Shown piece by piece: positions 1-11,479 of a DNA stretch of 64,000 bases (position 1 is its first letter; each line of letters begins with the position of its first letter). The position numbers were made by a program, and so were the translations under genes. The stretch is from Mobula hypostoma (Eukaryota). The notes beneath the pieces are model-generated. The model was not told the origin of the DNA and did no database searches. It saw only the letters and a list, made by a program, of their open reading frames with translations. The stretch covers positions 20,646,001-20,710,000 of the forward strand of contig NC_086098.1 in NCBI RefSeq assembly GCF_963921235.1, given 5' to 3'.

Positions 1-99
1 ACTTTAATTACACCGGACAAATTGCAAACGATCAGGAAAGTAGGCCAAGGCTAAGCAAGCAATGTGTTATACTGCAATATTTAAAAACCAACTACAGAT

Positions 100-960
100 T
101 TTTTAAAAAACACCTCTGTTAACCTTTTGCCGCGTCACGTACGCATTGTTCCCCAGCTCCAAAAAAAATGTAGAAGTTGCTATGTATTACATTGTACGTG
201 GTGCAATTCTACCAAGTCTGAAAACGAAATTTGAGACCGTCCTGTTCTCAAGACAGTTTCAACCTGTCCCACTACACGCTGCACATAGAAATGACTTCAG
301 GCGAGTTTACAAATTTCGCCCGTCATTTCAGGTTTAATACTGTAAATTGGGCAAATGTTAACAAAAGTAACAAAGCGCCTATGTAAATGCAGATGGTCGC
401 AAAATATCGTCTTAGTTTGCACTGCCAAAGGTCTGTGACACGGCAACCTCTTGTCCCTGAATACATCTACCTTCCCAGTAGGTACCCGTTAACCTCTGCC
501 ACGCAGGGCTGCAGCGAATGCCCCAAGTTGCAATGGGTCACCGAGTTACTCCCTACCTGGCGCACATCCCTCGGTCCCAGCAATGGTAACCATGGAAACA
601 CCTCCCAACGCTTAGCTTATCACCGAAGTTTTAGAGGAACCCATGCAGGGTATTAAGGCAAACTTTAGCCAAAATAAAGAGCAGCCTGGATAGCTTTTTA
701 AATTATTTTTGCCGCCGTTGTCGCAGTGACGGTGTTTATCAGCCGCCCAGGTAACAGCTCACTCGTCCGCAAACTTCAAACCGGCGCCGCGCCGAGACAA
801 GATGGCGACAAGTCACCGGGCAAGGCGCTTGCGCAGAACTGAGTCGCCGTCGATGCACATGCGCATTGATGGAGAGAACGTATTATTGAATAGATTGGCA
901 GCCCTGGAGCTTTTACATGACAAAGGCGCTTTTCCTACGTGCGGGCTCTTCAGTGATTAA
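100..960. promoter_or_regulatory. CpG-rich promoter / first-exon region (probably of the adjacent gene, MBTPS1 by synteny)
   Basis: High CpG density compared with the rest of the window. YY1-like CAAGATGGCG 798-807, NRF1-like GCGCTTGCGCA 825-835 and TGCACATGCGCA 854-865, RFX X-box-like GTAACCATGGAAAC 586-599, ATTGG near 894. Gene identity rests only on the human order MBTPS1-HSDL1. Confidence 0.65.
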
Positions 961-1467
961 CACGGCAGCTGGGTTTCAACGTGGCTTTTAAAGTCTTTAA
1001 GTTACCATACAGTACATACGGAAAACACTAAGAATATTCAGCGGCTGGGGCAGCATCTGTGGAGAAAGAAGCACAAGTCGGAGACGCCGCGTTAGAGCTT
1101 TAAATTACCACGTCGTTTGAAGAGATGTTTCGCCAAAATAAAATGACAAGAGTTTCAAATGCTGTAATTGGATGGCTCTCGCTGCTAACGCTAATAAAAC
1201 AGCGCTCTTCGTGGCGAAAATTTCCTTTGCAACACCAATTACTGTCAGTTGTTAGTTCAAGGAAATCCCAGTGGCTGTAATGTCATCAACTACTCTCAGC
1301 CCCAAAGTATAGGAACTATTCTTTGATAGAAAACCCAGAGGCAAGGTACAAATTCCTTTTAGTGAATGTTTGAAACATTTTGTAGACTGACTTAGAAGAT
1401 GGCACAGAATGAAAGAAAAAGTAAAAATAAGATGTTTAAAATATGTTGTACCAACCTTATAGTCTGA

Positions 1468-1640
1468 TTTACCTACTGCCCGTTATGCCGCTGAACACTT
1501 GGGGCAGGAATAAGGTTTTCCATCTGTCTGTCCTTGGCCACTCAGATGTAGAAGGATTCTTCATTACTGTTCCCATAATAATTTTGTTTTACCAGACAGG
1601 GCGTTTAGCCCTGAACTGACCCCCCGAACCTGGAGGACTA
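1468..1640 (-). mobile_element. RTE-related short non-autonomous element, 3' part (interrupted by CR1)
   Basis: Reverse complement of the 3' half of the element at 17414-17827; continues at 4096-4235. Confidence 0.7.
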
Positions 1641-1649
1641 GGTTGCCTT

Positions 1650-4095
1650 TTAGTAGACAGATTACAGATTGTTACAAGAAGCATAAGGTTGTTATAGCGG
1701 ATGATTTTAATTTACCACATATTGAATGGGACTCCCATACTGTAAAAGGACTAGATAGAATAGAGTTTGTGAAATGCGTTCAGGAAAGTTCCTTAATCGG
1801 TACGTAGAAGTCCCGACGAGAGAGTGTGCGATACTTGATCTGCTTCTAGGGAATGAGACAGGGCAGGTGACAGAAGTTTCTGTAGGGGAACACTACGTAT
1901 CTAGTGATCACAATGCCATTAGTTCAAAGTAAATATGCAAAAAGATAGGTCTGGTCCGCGGGCCGAGATTCTAAACTGGAGAAAAGCCAATCGTATCAGA
2001 AATGATCTGGCAAGTGTCCATTGGGATACAACCGTATCTATCTGTGACTCCACTTTCACCGAATGATAGACCTGTGTTCTCAGATCCTTTTGTTCTACCA
2101 CATTCCTCAATGTCCTACCGTGCACTGTGGAAGGGAACCCTGGTTTTCAAGAGATATTGCGGCACTTATTTAAATAAACAAGGAGTGCATAGGCAGAAAA
2201 GAAAAATGAGGTGCTTATGAAGTATAAGAAATGCAAGAGAACACTTAAGAAAGAAATCAGGAGGGCTAAAAGAAGGCATGAGGTTACCCTAGAAGACAAG
2301 TTTGAAGGAGAATTCAAAGTGATTCTACTGATGCTGTATATTAAGAGCAAAAGGATTGTAACGGTCAAAATTGGTCCTCAGGAACATCAAAATGGTAATC
2401 CATGTATGGAGCCAAAAGAGATCTTAACTAAGTATGTTGCATTTGTATTTACTTAGGAGACAGACACAGAGTCTATTGCAGTGAAGCAAAGTGGTATCAA
2501 ATTCACGGACCCTATACCAATTACAGAGGAGGAGGTGTTTGCCATCCCGAGGCAAATCAGGGTGGATAAATCCCCAGGGCCTGACAAGGAGATCCCTCTG
2601 ACCCTACAGGAGGCAAGTGCAGGAATATTTAAATCACCCTTTGCAACAGGAGATGTACCAGAGGATTAGCGGATAGCCAATGTTGTTTCGCTGTTTAGGA
2701 AAGGTTCCAAACATAAACCAGGAAATTATAGGCTGGTTAGTCTGACATCAGTAGTGGGAAAGTTATTGGAAGGTATTCTAAGGTATAGGATATGCATATA
2801 TTTGAATAGACCCTGGACTGATTAAAGATAGTCAGCATGGCTGTGTGCATTGTAGGTCCTGTCTAACCAATCTTATAGAATTTTTTGAGGAAGTTACCAG
2901 GAAAGTGGATGAAGATAAGGCAGTGGATATTGTCTACATAGACTTTAGCAAGGCATTTGACTAAGTCCCGCATGGGAGGTTGGTCAGGAAGGTTCAGATG
3001 CTCGGCATTCAAGATGAGGTAGTCAATTGGATTAGACATTGGCTTTGTAGGAGAAGCCAGAGAGTGGTAGCAGATTGTTGCCTCTCTGCCGGGAGGTGTG
3101 TGCTGCTGGGATCAGTGGTGGGTCTGTTGTTGTTTATCATCTATATCAATGATCTGGATCAGCAAATTTGTGGATGACACCAAGATTGGGGGTGCAGTGG
3201 ACAATGAGGAAAGCTATCATGGCTTGCAGAGGGATCTGGATTACCTGGAAAAATGGGCTAAAAAATGGTAGATGGAATTTAACGCAGACAAGTGTAAGGT
3301 GTTGTACGAAGTGTACTTTGGTAGGACCAACCATGATGGGTCTTACACAGTGAACGGTAGGGCACTGAGGAATGTGGTAGAACAAAGGGATCTGGGAACA
3401 CAGGTCCATCACTCGGTGAAAGTGGAGTCACAGATAGATAGATACGGTTGTAAAGAAAGCTTTTGGCACATTGGCCTTCATAAATCAAATTATTGAGTAC
3501 AGAAGATGAGAATTATGTTGACTTTGTACAAGGAGTTGGTGAGGCCTAATTTGTAGTATTGTGTGCAGTTTTGGTCACCTACCTACAGGAAAAATGTAAA
3601 TATGATTGAAGGTGTACAGAGAAAATTTACAAGGATGTTGCCAGGTCTGGAGGACCTGAGTTATAAGGAAAGATTGAATAAGTTAGGACTTTATTCCTTA
3701 GAATGTAGAAGATTGAGAGGAGATTCCATAGAGGTATACAAAATTATGACGGTTATATATAGGGTAAATGCAAGCAGCCTTTTTCCACTGACGTTGGGTG
3801 GGACTACAACCAGAGGTCATGGGTAAGGATGAAATGTGAAAAGTTTAAGGGGAACATGAGGGGAAACTTCTTCACTCAGAGGGTCATGAGAGTGTGGAAC
3901 AAGTTACCAGCACAAGTGGTGAATGCGAGCTTGATTTCAATGTTTAAGCAAAGTTTGGATAGGTACATGGATGGTAGGGGTATAGAAGGCTATGGTCCTG
4001 GCACAGGTCAATGGGAGTAGGTTGTTTAAATGGTTTCAGCATGGACTATATTGCCCAAAGGGCCTGTTTCTGTGCTGTACTTTTTATGACTCTAT
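1650..4095 (+). mobile_element. CR1-clade (HER1-like) LINE, decayed ORF2 (APE tail + RT) and 3' UTR
   Basis: Fragments KSPGPD, LLFIIYINDLD, MEFNADKCKV, QFWSPTYRK, FFTQRV; tail TATGACTCTATGA. Confidence 0.9.
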
Positions 4096-4235
4096 GACCA
4101 GTGGACCACTCATAGTCTGGCCTCTACTTTTTGACCTGTTTGGCATGCGTGACCCTACTAAAAGCAAAAGCCCTGACTCCAACCAACATAGCTCTCTGGG
4201 TCACTGAGGCACACAAGCCTCCAAACCACGTCAAG
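4096..4235 (-). mobile_element. RTE-related short element, 5' part
   Basis: CAGTGGACCACTC...CCTCCAAACCAC is the reverse complement of 17430-17575. Confidence 0.7.
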
Positions 4236-4414
4236 ACGAATCCAAAATCAAAACAATTGTCGCTAGCCTGTGACTGCCACATGGTTGTTATAATTGCATG
4301 ACATACCCTCAGCTCCAATGAAATGATTGCTCCAAAGAGGCGAATCCTACATTCCAGCTTCTGAATTATTATACTGTAATAATTACAACTACATGCTCCT
4401 AAGAGACAGGAGAC

Positions 4415-4890
4415 ATGAAATCTCAACATTTATACAAATGTCCACCTGTGGTAAGCAGTCTACCCTGAATTGTGATCTTCTCCTGCCAAACCAAATTGTC
4501 CCTCTTGGCTGCATTCAGGAAAAATCTGTCTTGAATTGCTGCTGCCAAAACTCATTCAAGTGCAAAACAGGAATCCTGTTAGCTGTCAGCTCTGGCTGAG
4601 TGTAGTCTCTTCCACCACCATGGTCTCCTTTCATTCGTCCATTAACAGTCCAACCTAGCATTGTTCTGATTGCATAGGGTCCATCATTAACACTGTCAGT
4701 CACTTACAATAGCTCCAATGCCTTAGGTACATTCACCCCTATCAGCATTACAATCCCTGAAGGAAATAAACATGTTTCAGGTGAGACCATGAGATCATTC
4801 CTGAAGATCTTTCTGGTAAGGAGTGTTCCCTTTGTGGACAGGCATATGTTCCTGTGTATAAACGTAGAGCAGTTTACAACGGTTTTCTCT
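4415..4890 (-). mobile_element. BEL/Pao LTR retrotransposon pol fragment
   Basis: DGPYAIRTMLGWTVNG motif typical of the Pao protease-RT linker; appears to resume briefly after the hAT insertion at 8844. Confidence 0.7.
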
Positions 4891-5613
4891 ATCTAAGCCA
4901 GGGTTTCTCAATGGGCATTCCATGAGAGATTATGATTTAAAAACAATAAACATTGTTTTTTGAACGATGCGCAATACTAGCACTAGCAATGGTGGACAGC
5001 GAACGAGCAGCCCCGTTAGCAATCTCATTAGAGGACTCTCAGCCCAGTATGGTAGCGCGTTTACAGGTAGTTCGTTGAGTCCATTCCCAGCTTTTGGGGA
5101 AGCCGTTGATAATTGGTGAGTGCTGTATTGCATGGAGGGGAGGACGGCAGATTGATGAGGAGTGTGAAGTGCATTTTCCGAGCATTGAATGGACTCACCC
5201 AACTTGGGCTGTAACATCAGCCCCTCTCTCCTGAATTACCTCCCCAAATTTCCCCTTATGCACTGCTGACAGACTTATGGAAGCGAACAAACTCTACTGG
5301 TGTAGTAGAAAATTGGAGCATCCAAAATTATAATGGGTAAAATGCTAGAACAAGGTGCAGTATGGGAAATTGAAAAGGTTTCACTCTCAAACAGTACAAG
5401 TTGACCTATTGATTAGATGTCACAAGATACTGAAGAGGATTTATGTGATAAACTGAAAAATGTTAGCTTCTCGAACCAGGTTGATGAGTCAACAGATTTC
5501 ACCAATAAATATCATGTTGTAGCTAAGATTTGTAAATGATGGCAAAATTCAAGAAAACATTTTCGTTGCAAAGAGCTGCCAGAAATAAGCAAAGCCAAAA
5601 ATATATTTAATGT

Positions 5614-7066
5614 CGCAAACAACAGGAATTCTGCAGATGCTGGAAACAAAAGCAACACACATCAAAGTTGCTGGTGAACGCAGCAGGCCAGGCAGCGTCT
5701 CTAGGAAGAGGTAGAGTCGACGTTTCAGGCCGAGACCCTTCGTCAGGACTAACTGAAGGAAGAGTTAGTAAGAGATTTGAAAGTAGGAGGGGGAGGAGGA
5801 GATCCAAAATGATAGGAGAAGACAGGAGGGGGAGGGATGGAGCCAAGAGCTGGACAGGTGATTGGCAAAGGGGATATGAGAGGATCATGGGACAGGAGGC
5901 CCAGGGAGAAAGATGGGGTGGAGGAACCCAGAGGATGGGCAAGGGGTATAGTCAGAGGGACAGAGGGAGAAAAAGGAGAGTGAGAGAAAGAATGTGTGTG
6001 TAAAAATAAATAATGGATGGGGTACGAGGGGGAGGTGGGGCGTTAGCGGAAGTTAGAGAAGTCAATGTTCATGCCATCAAGTTGGAGGCTACCCAGACGG
6101 AATATAAGGTGTTGTTCCTCCAACCTGAGTGTGGCTTCATCTTTACAGTAGAGGAGGGCATGGATAGACATGTCAGAATGCAAATGGGATGTGGAATTAA
6201 AATGTGTGGCCACTGGGAGATCCTGCTTTCTCTGGCGGACAGAGTGTAGGTGTTCAGCAAAGCGGTCTCCAAGTCTGCGTCGGGTCTTGCCAATATATAG
6301 AAGGCCATATCGGGAGCACCGGACGCAGTATATCACCCCAGCCGACTCACAGGTGAAGTGTCGACTCACCTGGAAGGACTGTCTGGGGCCCTGAATGGTG
6401 GTAAGGGAGGAAGTGTAAGGGCATGTGTAGCACTTGTTCCGCTTACAAGGATAAGTGCCAGGAGGGAGATCAGTGGGGAGGGATGGGGGGGACGAACGGA
6501 CAAGGGAGTCACGTAAGGAGCAATCCCTGCGGAAAGCGGGGGGGGGAGAGGGAAAGATGTGTTTAGTGGTGGGATCCCGTTGGAGGTGGCGGAAGTTACA
6601 GAGAATAATATGTTGGACCCGGAGGCTGGTGGGGTGGTAGGTGAGGACCAGGGGAACCCTATTCCTAGTGAGGTGGCGGGAGGATGGAGTGAGAGCAGGT
6701 GTACTTGAAATGGGGGAGATGCGTTTGAGAGCAGAGTTGATGGTGGAGGAAGGGAAGCCCCTTTCTTTAAAAAAGGAGGACATCTCCTTCGTCCTGGAAT
6801 GAAAAGCCTCATCCTGAGAGCAGATGCGGCGGAGACGGAGGAATTGCGAGAAGGGGATGGCATTTTTGCAAGAGACAGGGTGAGAAGAGGAATAGTCCAG
6901 ATAGCTGTGAGAGTCAGTAGGCTTATAGTAGACATCAGTAGATAAGCTGTCTCCAGAGACAGAGACAGAAAGATCTAGAAAGGGGAGGGAGGTGTCGGAA
7001 ATGGACCAGGCAAACTTGAGGGCAGGGTGAAAGTTGGAGGCAAAGTTAATAAAGTCAATGAGCTCA
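5614..7066 (-). mobile_element. Penelope-like element, 5'-truncated (RT C-terminus + GIY-YIG endonuclease + 3' pLTR)
   Basis: ORF with FLDLSV..STDVYYKPTDSHSYL, SQFLRLRRICS and CESAGVIYCVRCSRYGLLYIGKTRRRLGDRFAEH, stop at 6043; TSD ATATATTTAATGT 5601-5613 / 7094-7106. Confidence 0.93.
5715..5750 (-). ncRNA. Minimal type-I hammerhead ribozyme (intact core)
   Basis: Minus strand reads AGUC-CUGACGA-AGG(GUCUCGG)CCU-GAAA-CG-UC-GACU: stem I AGUC/GACU, CUGANGA core, stem II, GAAA, palindromic ACGU stem III, GUC cleavage triplet. Confidence 0.8.
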
Positions 7067-7132
7067 GCATTTATATATTTAATGCTCAACATCATATATT
7101 TAATGTTTTGTCTTCCTATCTGGTAACAAAAG

Positions 7133-7378
7133 GCAAACACGAGGAAATCTGCAGATGCTGGAATTTCAAGCATCACACATAAAAGATGTTGGTGAACGCA
7201 GCAGGCAGCATCTCTAGGAAGAGGTACAGTCGACGTTTCGGGCCAAGACCCTTCGTCAAGACTAACTGAAAGAAGAGAAAGTAAGAGATTTGAAAGTGGG
7301 AGGGGGAGGGGGAAATCCGAAATGATAGGAGAAGACAGGAGGGGGAGGGATGGAGCCAAGAGCTGGACAGTTGATTGA
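7133..7378 (-). mobile_element. Penelope-like element 3' terminus (second insertion in the hAT)
   Basis: Near-identical to 5614-5865; its hammerhead at 7228-7263 has UUGACGA (C3U). Confidence 0.88.
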
Positions 7379-8868
7379 TCTGTCTTGGAGGAAAGGTCTT
7401 GTTGAAAGATCTGTCTTGGAGGAACTGTGCTGGCATCTGAACTGATGGTACGTCATCAATCTTCTGCTCCATGAAAGGATTTGTTTCTCTTGTAAAAAAA
7501 AATCCTGACATTGTCACAACACACTGCTTTCTTCACAGAGAGGTGCTGATGCCAAAAACTCTTGGAGATGAAAGAAGTTCTGGCTGATACTACAAAAATG
7601 GTTAACTTCATTAAACAAAACCAGTTCACTTGAGAATGTTTAAAAACCTGTGTGAAAACTGGGGTAAAGAGCGCAGTAATCTCCTGCTCCATACAGAAAT
7701 CCAGTGGTTTAGCAGTTGAAGAGTTCTCAACAGGGTGTTTGAGCTGAAAAGTGAATTGCAGGAGTACTTTCAAGAAAATAGTTGACCAGATTTTGCTGAG
7801 TCCTTTGAAGATGAAAAATTGCTGCAGAAACTAGCCTACTGAGCAGACATTTTTCATCATATGAATCAGTTGAACAAGTCTCTGCAAGGCCCTGGAGAAA
7901 ATGTTTTGATTTCAAGTGACAAGATTCTTGGATTTAAAAGGAAACTGAATCTTTGGAAAAGTTATGTTGCAAAAGGAAATCTTGAAATGTTTCCACTGCT
8001 ACTTAGGCTTGAGAGTGAGGAAGGATATCAGAAAGTCTCAGTCTTATTGAAAGCCACCTAGAAGAACTGCAGTACAAATTGAACAGTATTTTTCCTCCCT
8101 TTCAACACATGTATGACTGGGTGAGGGACCCTTTCTCTTAATCTTCTGCTGAGCCTGAGAACTTGACTTTGAGAGAAGAGGAAAAACATTGTGAGCTGCA
8201 GTCTGATCAGGCACTCAAGATCAGATTTACTGACCTGCCCCTGAACGAGTTCTGGATTTCAACTTCTTACATGTGTAAGGAAGCTTTTTCTTGCTTAACA
8301 AGCATTAAGAGCAAGGATAGAAATCATCTCATTTCAGTTGAAAGTGAAATCCATTTGTGCTTATCTCAAGTTCGACCCAGAATTGAGTATTTGTGCAGCA
8401 AAATGCAAACACAGTGTTCACATACTAGGCCTATATTTGAGTCTGATCATATCACTTAGTAAGAAAATATTTTTTCAATATCTTGTATAAAATTGCATCT
8501 TAGGCTACATTTTTATTCATATTGCTTTGGCTTAAGGTTTTTAGTAGCCTTACTGTTTAACGTTGTCTATGAATTTTTGTGTTGTAAATAGCATTACAAC
8601 ATGAAATAGAGAAAGAAGAGATTAATTTCAAGAAAGCTAAACTAAGCTTACCTATCTGCTTTTCAAGAAAAGTTGGCTAAAAATTCATTCTCTAGTCAAA
8701 AGAGCATTGACAATTATTTTTGGATTATTATATCAACAACTTACTGATCACACTAATGTACCATGAGCTGGGGTTCCCTGAGACCTGAAAATTATTTCAA
8801 GGGCTCCTCCAGGGCAAAAAGATTGAGAAAGACTGATCTAAGCTAACCACTTTCAATCTGAAACAAAG

Positions 8869-9660
8869 TACGAGAGGTGATTGATAAGTTCGTGGCCTAA
8901 GGTAGAAGGAGTCAATTTTAGAGAACCTAGCACATTTATTTTTCCTACATTTACACACTTAGTCCAGCGGTCGTGGAGCATACGGATCCCTTCTTTGTAG
9001 AAGTTGGCGTCTTGGGCCTCCAAAAGTGGTCTACAGCAGGGCTGATTGATAAGTTTGTGGCCTAAGGTAGAAGGAGATGAGTTATTAACTTGAAACTTCC
9101 TGCATTTTCACTCAAAGATTTGAACTGCACTTGCATGTAACGAGAGCTGTATAACTCATCTTTTTCTACCTTAGGCCATGAAATTATCAATCCACCCTGC
9201 TGTGGACCACCTGGAGGTCCAAGATGCTTTCGTTACATGCACATGCAGTTCAACTCTTTGAGTGATAATGCAGAACGTTTGAAGTTAATAACTCATCTCC
9301 TTCTACCTTAGGGCACAAACTTAGCAATCACCCCTGCTGAATCCGTATGCTTCATGACCGCTGGACTAAGTGTGTACATGTAGGAGGGGACTACGAGGGG
9401 TGATTGATAAGTTTGTGGCCTAAGGTAGAAGGAGCCAATTTTAGAAAACCTAGCACATTTATTTTTCAACATAGTCCCCTCCTACATTTACACACTTAGT
9501 CCAGCGGTCGTGGAGCATACGGAGCTTGGACCTCCAGATAGTGTCCACAGCAGGGGTGATTGATAAGTTCGTGGCCTAAGGTAGAAGGAGATGAGTTATT
9601 AACTTCAAACTTTCTGCATTATCACTCGAAGTGTTGAACTGCATGTATATGCAGTTCTGA
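8869..9660. repeat. Mariner-like MITE composite with internal palindromes
   Basis: Two TACGAG(A/G)GGTGATTGATAAGTT starts (8869, 9392); six copies of a ~35-bp motif, four forward and two inverted. Confidence 0.65.
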
Positions 9661-9980
9661 ACATTAGTCACACCATGCTCAACCTTTTGATTCCTGACTT
9701 TGACTGAGGTCTTAACAAGATCTCTCTCCGCAACCTCTCCACTATCTGTTCTGGCACTCTAGTTCCCATCCCCCTGTTACTCTAATTTAACCGCCACTCC
9801 CCCAACCCCGTGCAGCACTATCAAACCTTGCCATTAGGATATTAGACCCCTCCAGTTCGGGTGCAAGCTGCCACTTCTACATAGGTCCCATCTTCCCTGG
9901 AAGAGAGCCCAGTGATCCAAATATTTTATGCCCTCCCTCCTACACCAACTTCTTAGCGACGTGGTAAACTGTATGATCTT

Positions 9981-10757
9981 AAACACAAAATAATCTGCAG
10001 ATGCTGGGGTCAAAGCAACACTCACAACAAGCTGAAGGAACTCAGCAGGTCGGGCAGCATCCGTGAAAAAGATCGGTCGACGTTTCGGGCCGGAACCCTT
10101 CGTCAGGACTGTAGGGGGAAGCTGCAGAGGCCCTATAAAGAAGGTGGGAGGAGGGTGGGAAGGAGAAGGCTGGTAGGTTCCAGGTGAAAAACCAGTAAGG
10201 GCAAAGATAAAGGGGTGGGGGAAGGGAGGCAGGGAGGTGATAGGGAGGAAAGATGAAGAAGGAATAGGGGAAAACACAATGGGTAGTAGAAGGAGGTGGA
10301 ACCAAGAGGGAGGTGGTAGGCAGCTGGGGGAGGGGGCAGAGTGACATAGGGATAGGGGAAGGGAGGGGGAGGGAATTTCCGGAAGTTGGAGAATTTTATG
10401 TTCATACCAAGGGGCTGGAGACTACCTAGATGGTATATGAGGTGTTGCTCCTCCAAACTGAGTTTAGCCTCATCATGGCAGTAGAGGAGGCCATGTATGG
10501 ACATATCTGAATGGGAGTGGGAAGCAGAGTTGAAGTGGTTGGCTACTGGGAGATCCTGTCTGTTTTGGCGGACGGAGCGGAGGTGCTCGATGAAGCGGTC
10601 CCCCAATCTGCGTCGGGTTTCACCGATGTAGAGGAGGCCGCACCGGGAGCATCGGATGCAATAGGTGACCCCAACAGACTCACAAGTGAAGTGTTGCCTC
10701 ACTTGGAAGTACTATTTGGGGCCCTGAATGGTGGCAAGAGAGGAGGTGTAGGGACAG
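9981..10757 (-). mobile_element. Penelope-like element (second subfamily), GIY-YIG end + 3' pLTR
   Basis: FTCESVGVTYCIRCSRCGLLYIGETRRRLGDRFIEH; 10-bp TSD GTATGATCTT 9971-9980 / 10758-10767. Confidence 0.93.
10075..10110 (-). ncRNA. Minimal type-I hammerhead ribozyme (intact core)
   Basis: AGUC-CUGACGA-AGGG(UUCCGG)CCC-GAAA-CG-UC-GACC; one mismatch in stem I. Confidence 0.75.
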
Positions 10758-11479
10758 GTATGATCTTTCTTTTTCTGGGCTCACCAGCATGTGGCACGGG
10801 TAGCAATCCTGAGATCACAACTTAGCACCTAACTCCCAGAACTCACTTTGCAGAACCTTATCACTCTTCCTACCTATGAAATTAGCACTTACATGGACCA
10901 TGACCTCTGGCTGCTCAACCTCCCACTTAAGAATACTAAGGACTCAGTCCAAGATAGCATGGACCCTGGCAACATACCATCCGGGAAGCTCATTCTTGTT
11001 CACAGAACCTCCTTAATGTTCCCCTAACTAATGAATACCCTATCACCACAGCTCGCCTCTTCACCCCACCTTCCCTTCAGAGTCACAGATCCAGACTCAG
11101 TGCCAGAGACCCTGTGACTTCCCTCTGTTAGGTCATCCCCCCACCAACAGTATCCAAAATGGTTTACCTGTTGCTGAGGGGGATCGCCATGGGATACTCT
11201 GCACTGGCCGCTTAACCCCTTTCCTCCTCCTGACTGTTACGCAGTCTCCTGCGTCTTGAACCTTGGGTGCAATTACCTCTCTATATGTTCTATCACCCCC
11301 TGAGCCTTCCAACTGATCCAGTGTTCATCCTGTGCTATCTCTCTTGTTCCTCTTCTTAGACTTCACCTGAACTAGAACTATGGGAAGTTTACAATCATGA
11401 TCACCAGCCCCCATAAGACCATTACTTTCACTGCAATCTGCAGTATTTAAATTTCCTCTCAACAACAGACTATGAAGTT

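Larger units (their letters stand above)
4899..8835 (+). mobile_element. hAT (Charlie/Buster-type) DNA transposon with decayed transposase
   Basis: Perfect 8-bp TSD ATCTAAGC (4891-4898, 8836-8843); TIRs CAGGGTTTCTCAAT / ATTGAGAAAGACTG (12/14); transposase fragments MNQLNKSLQG..FKRKLNLW and TSYMCKEAFSCLTSIKSKDRN. Confidence 0.92.
9680..11330 (-). mobile_element. CR1 ORF1 (esterase-type) remnant interrupted by a PLE
   Basis: LRSWCRREGIKYLDHWALFQGRWDL..GSLHPNWRG; similar to the ORF1 region near 56750-57400. Confidence 0.75.

Noticed and set aside
6043-7359. 438-aa ORF as a single protein
   Set aside because: It is a chance read-through of a PLE tail, a hAT sliver and a truncated PLE ORF; only ~6043-7066 is real PLE coding sequence.
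8869-9660. CRISPR-like repeat array
   Set aside because: Eukaryotic context, repeats in both orientations, repeated rather than unique spacers, and no cas genes.
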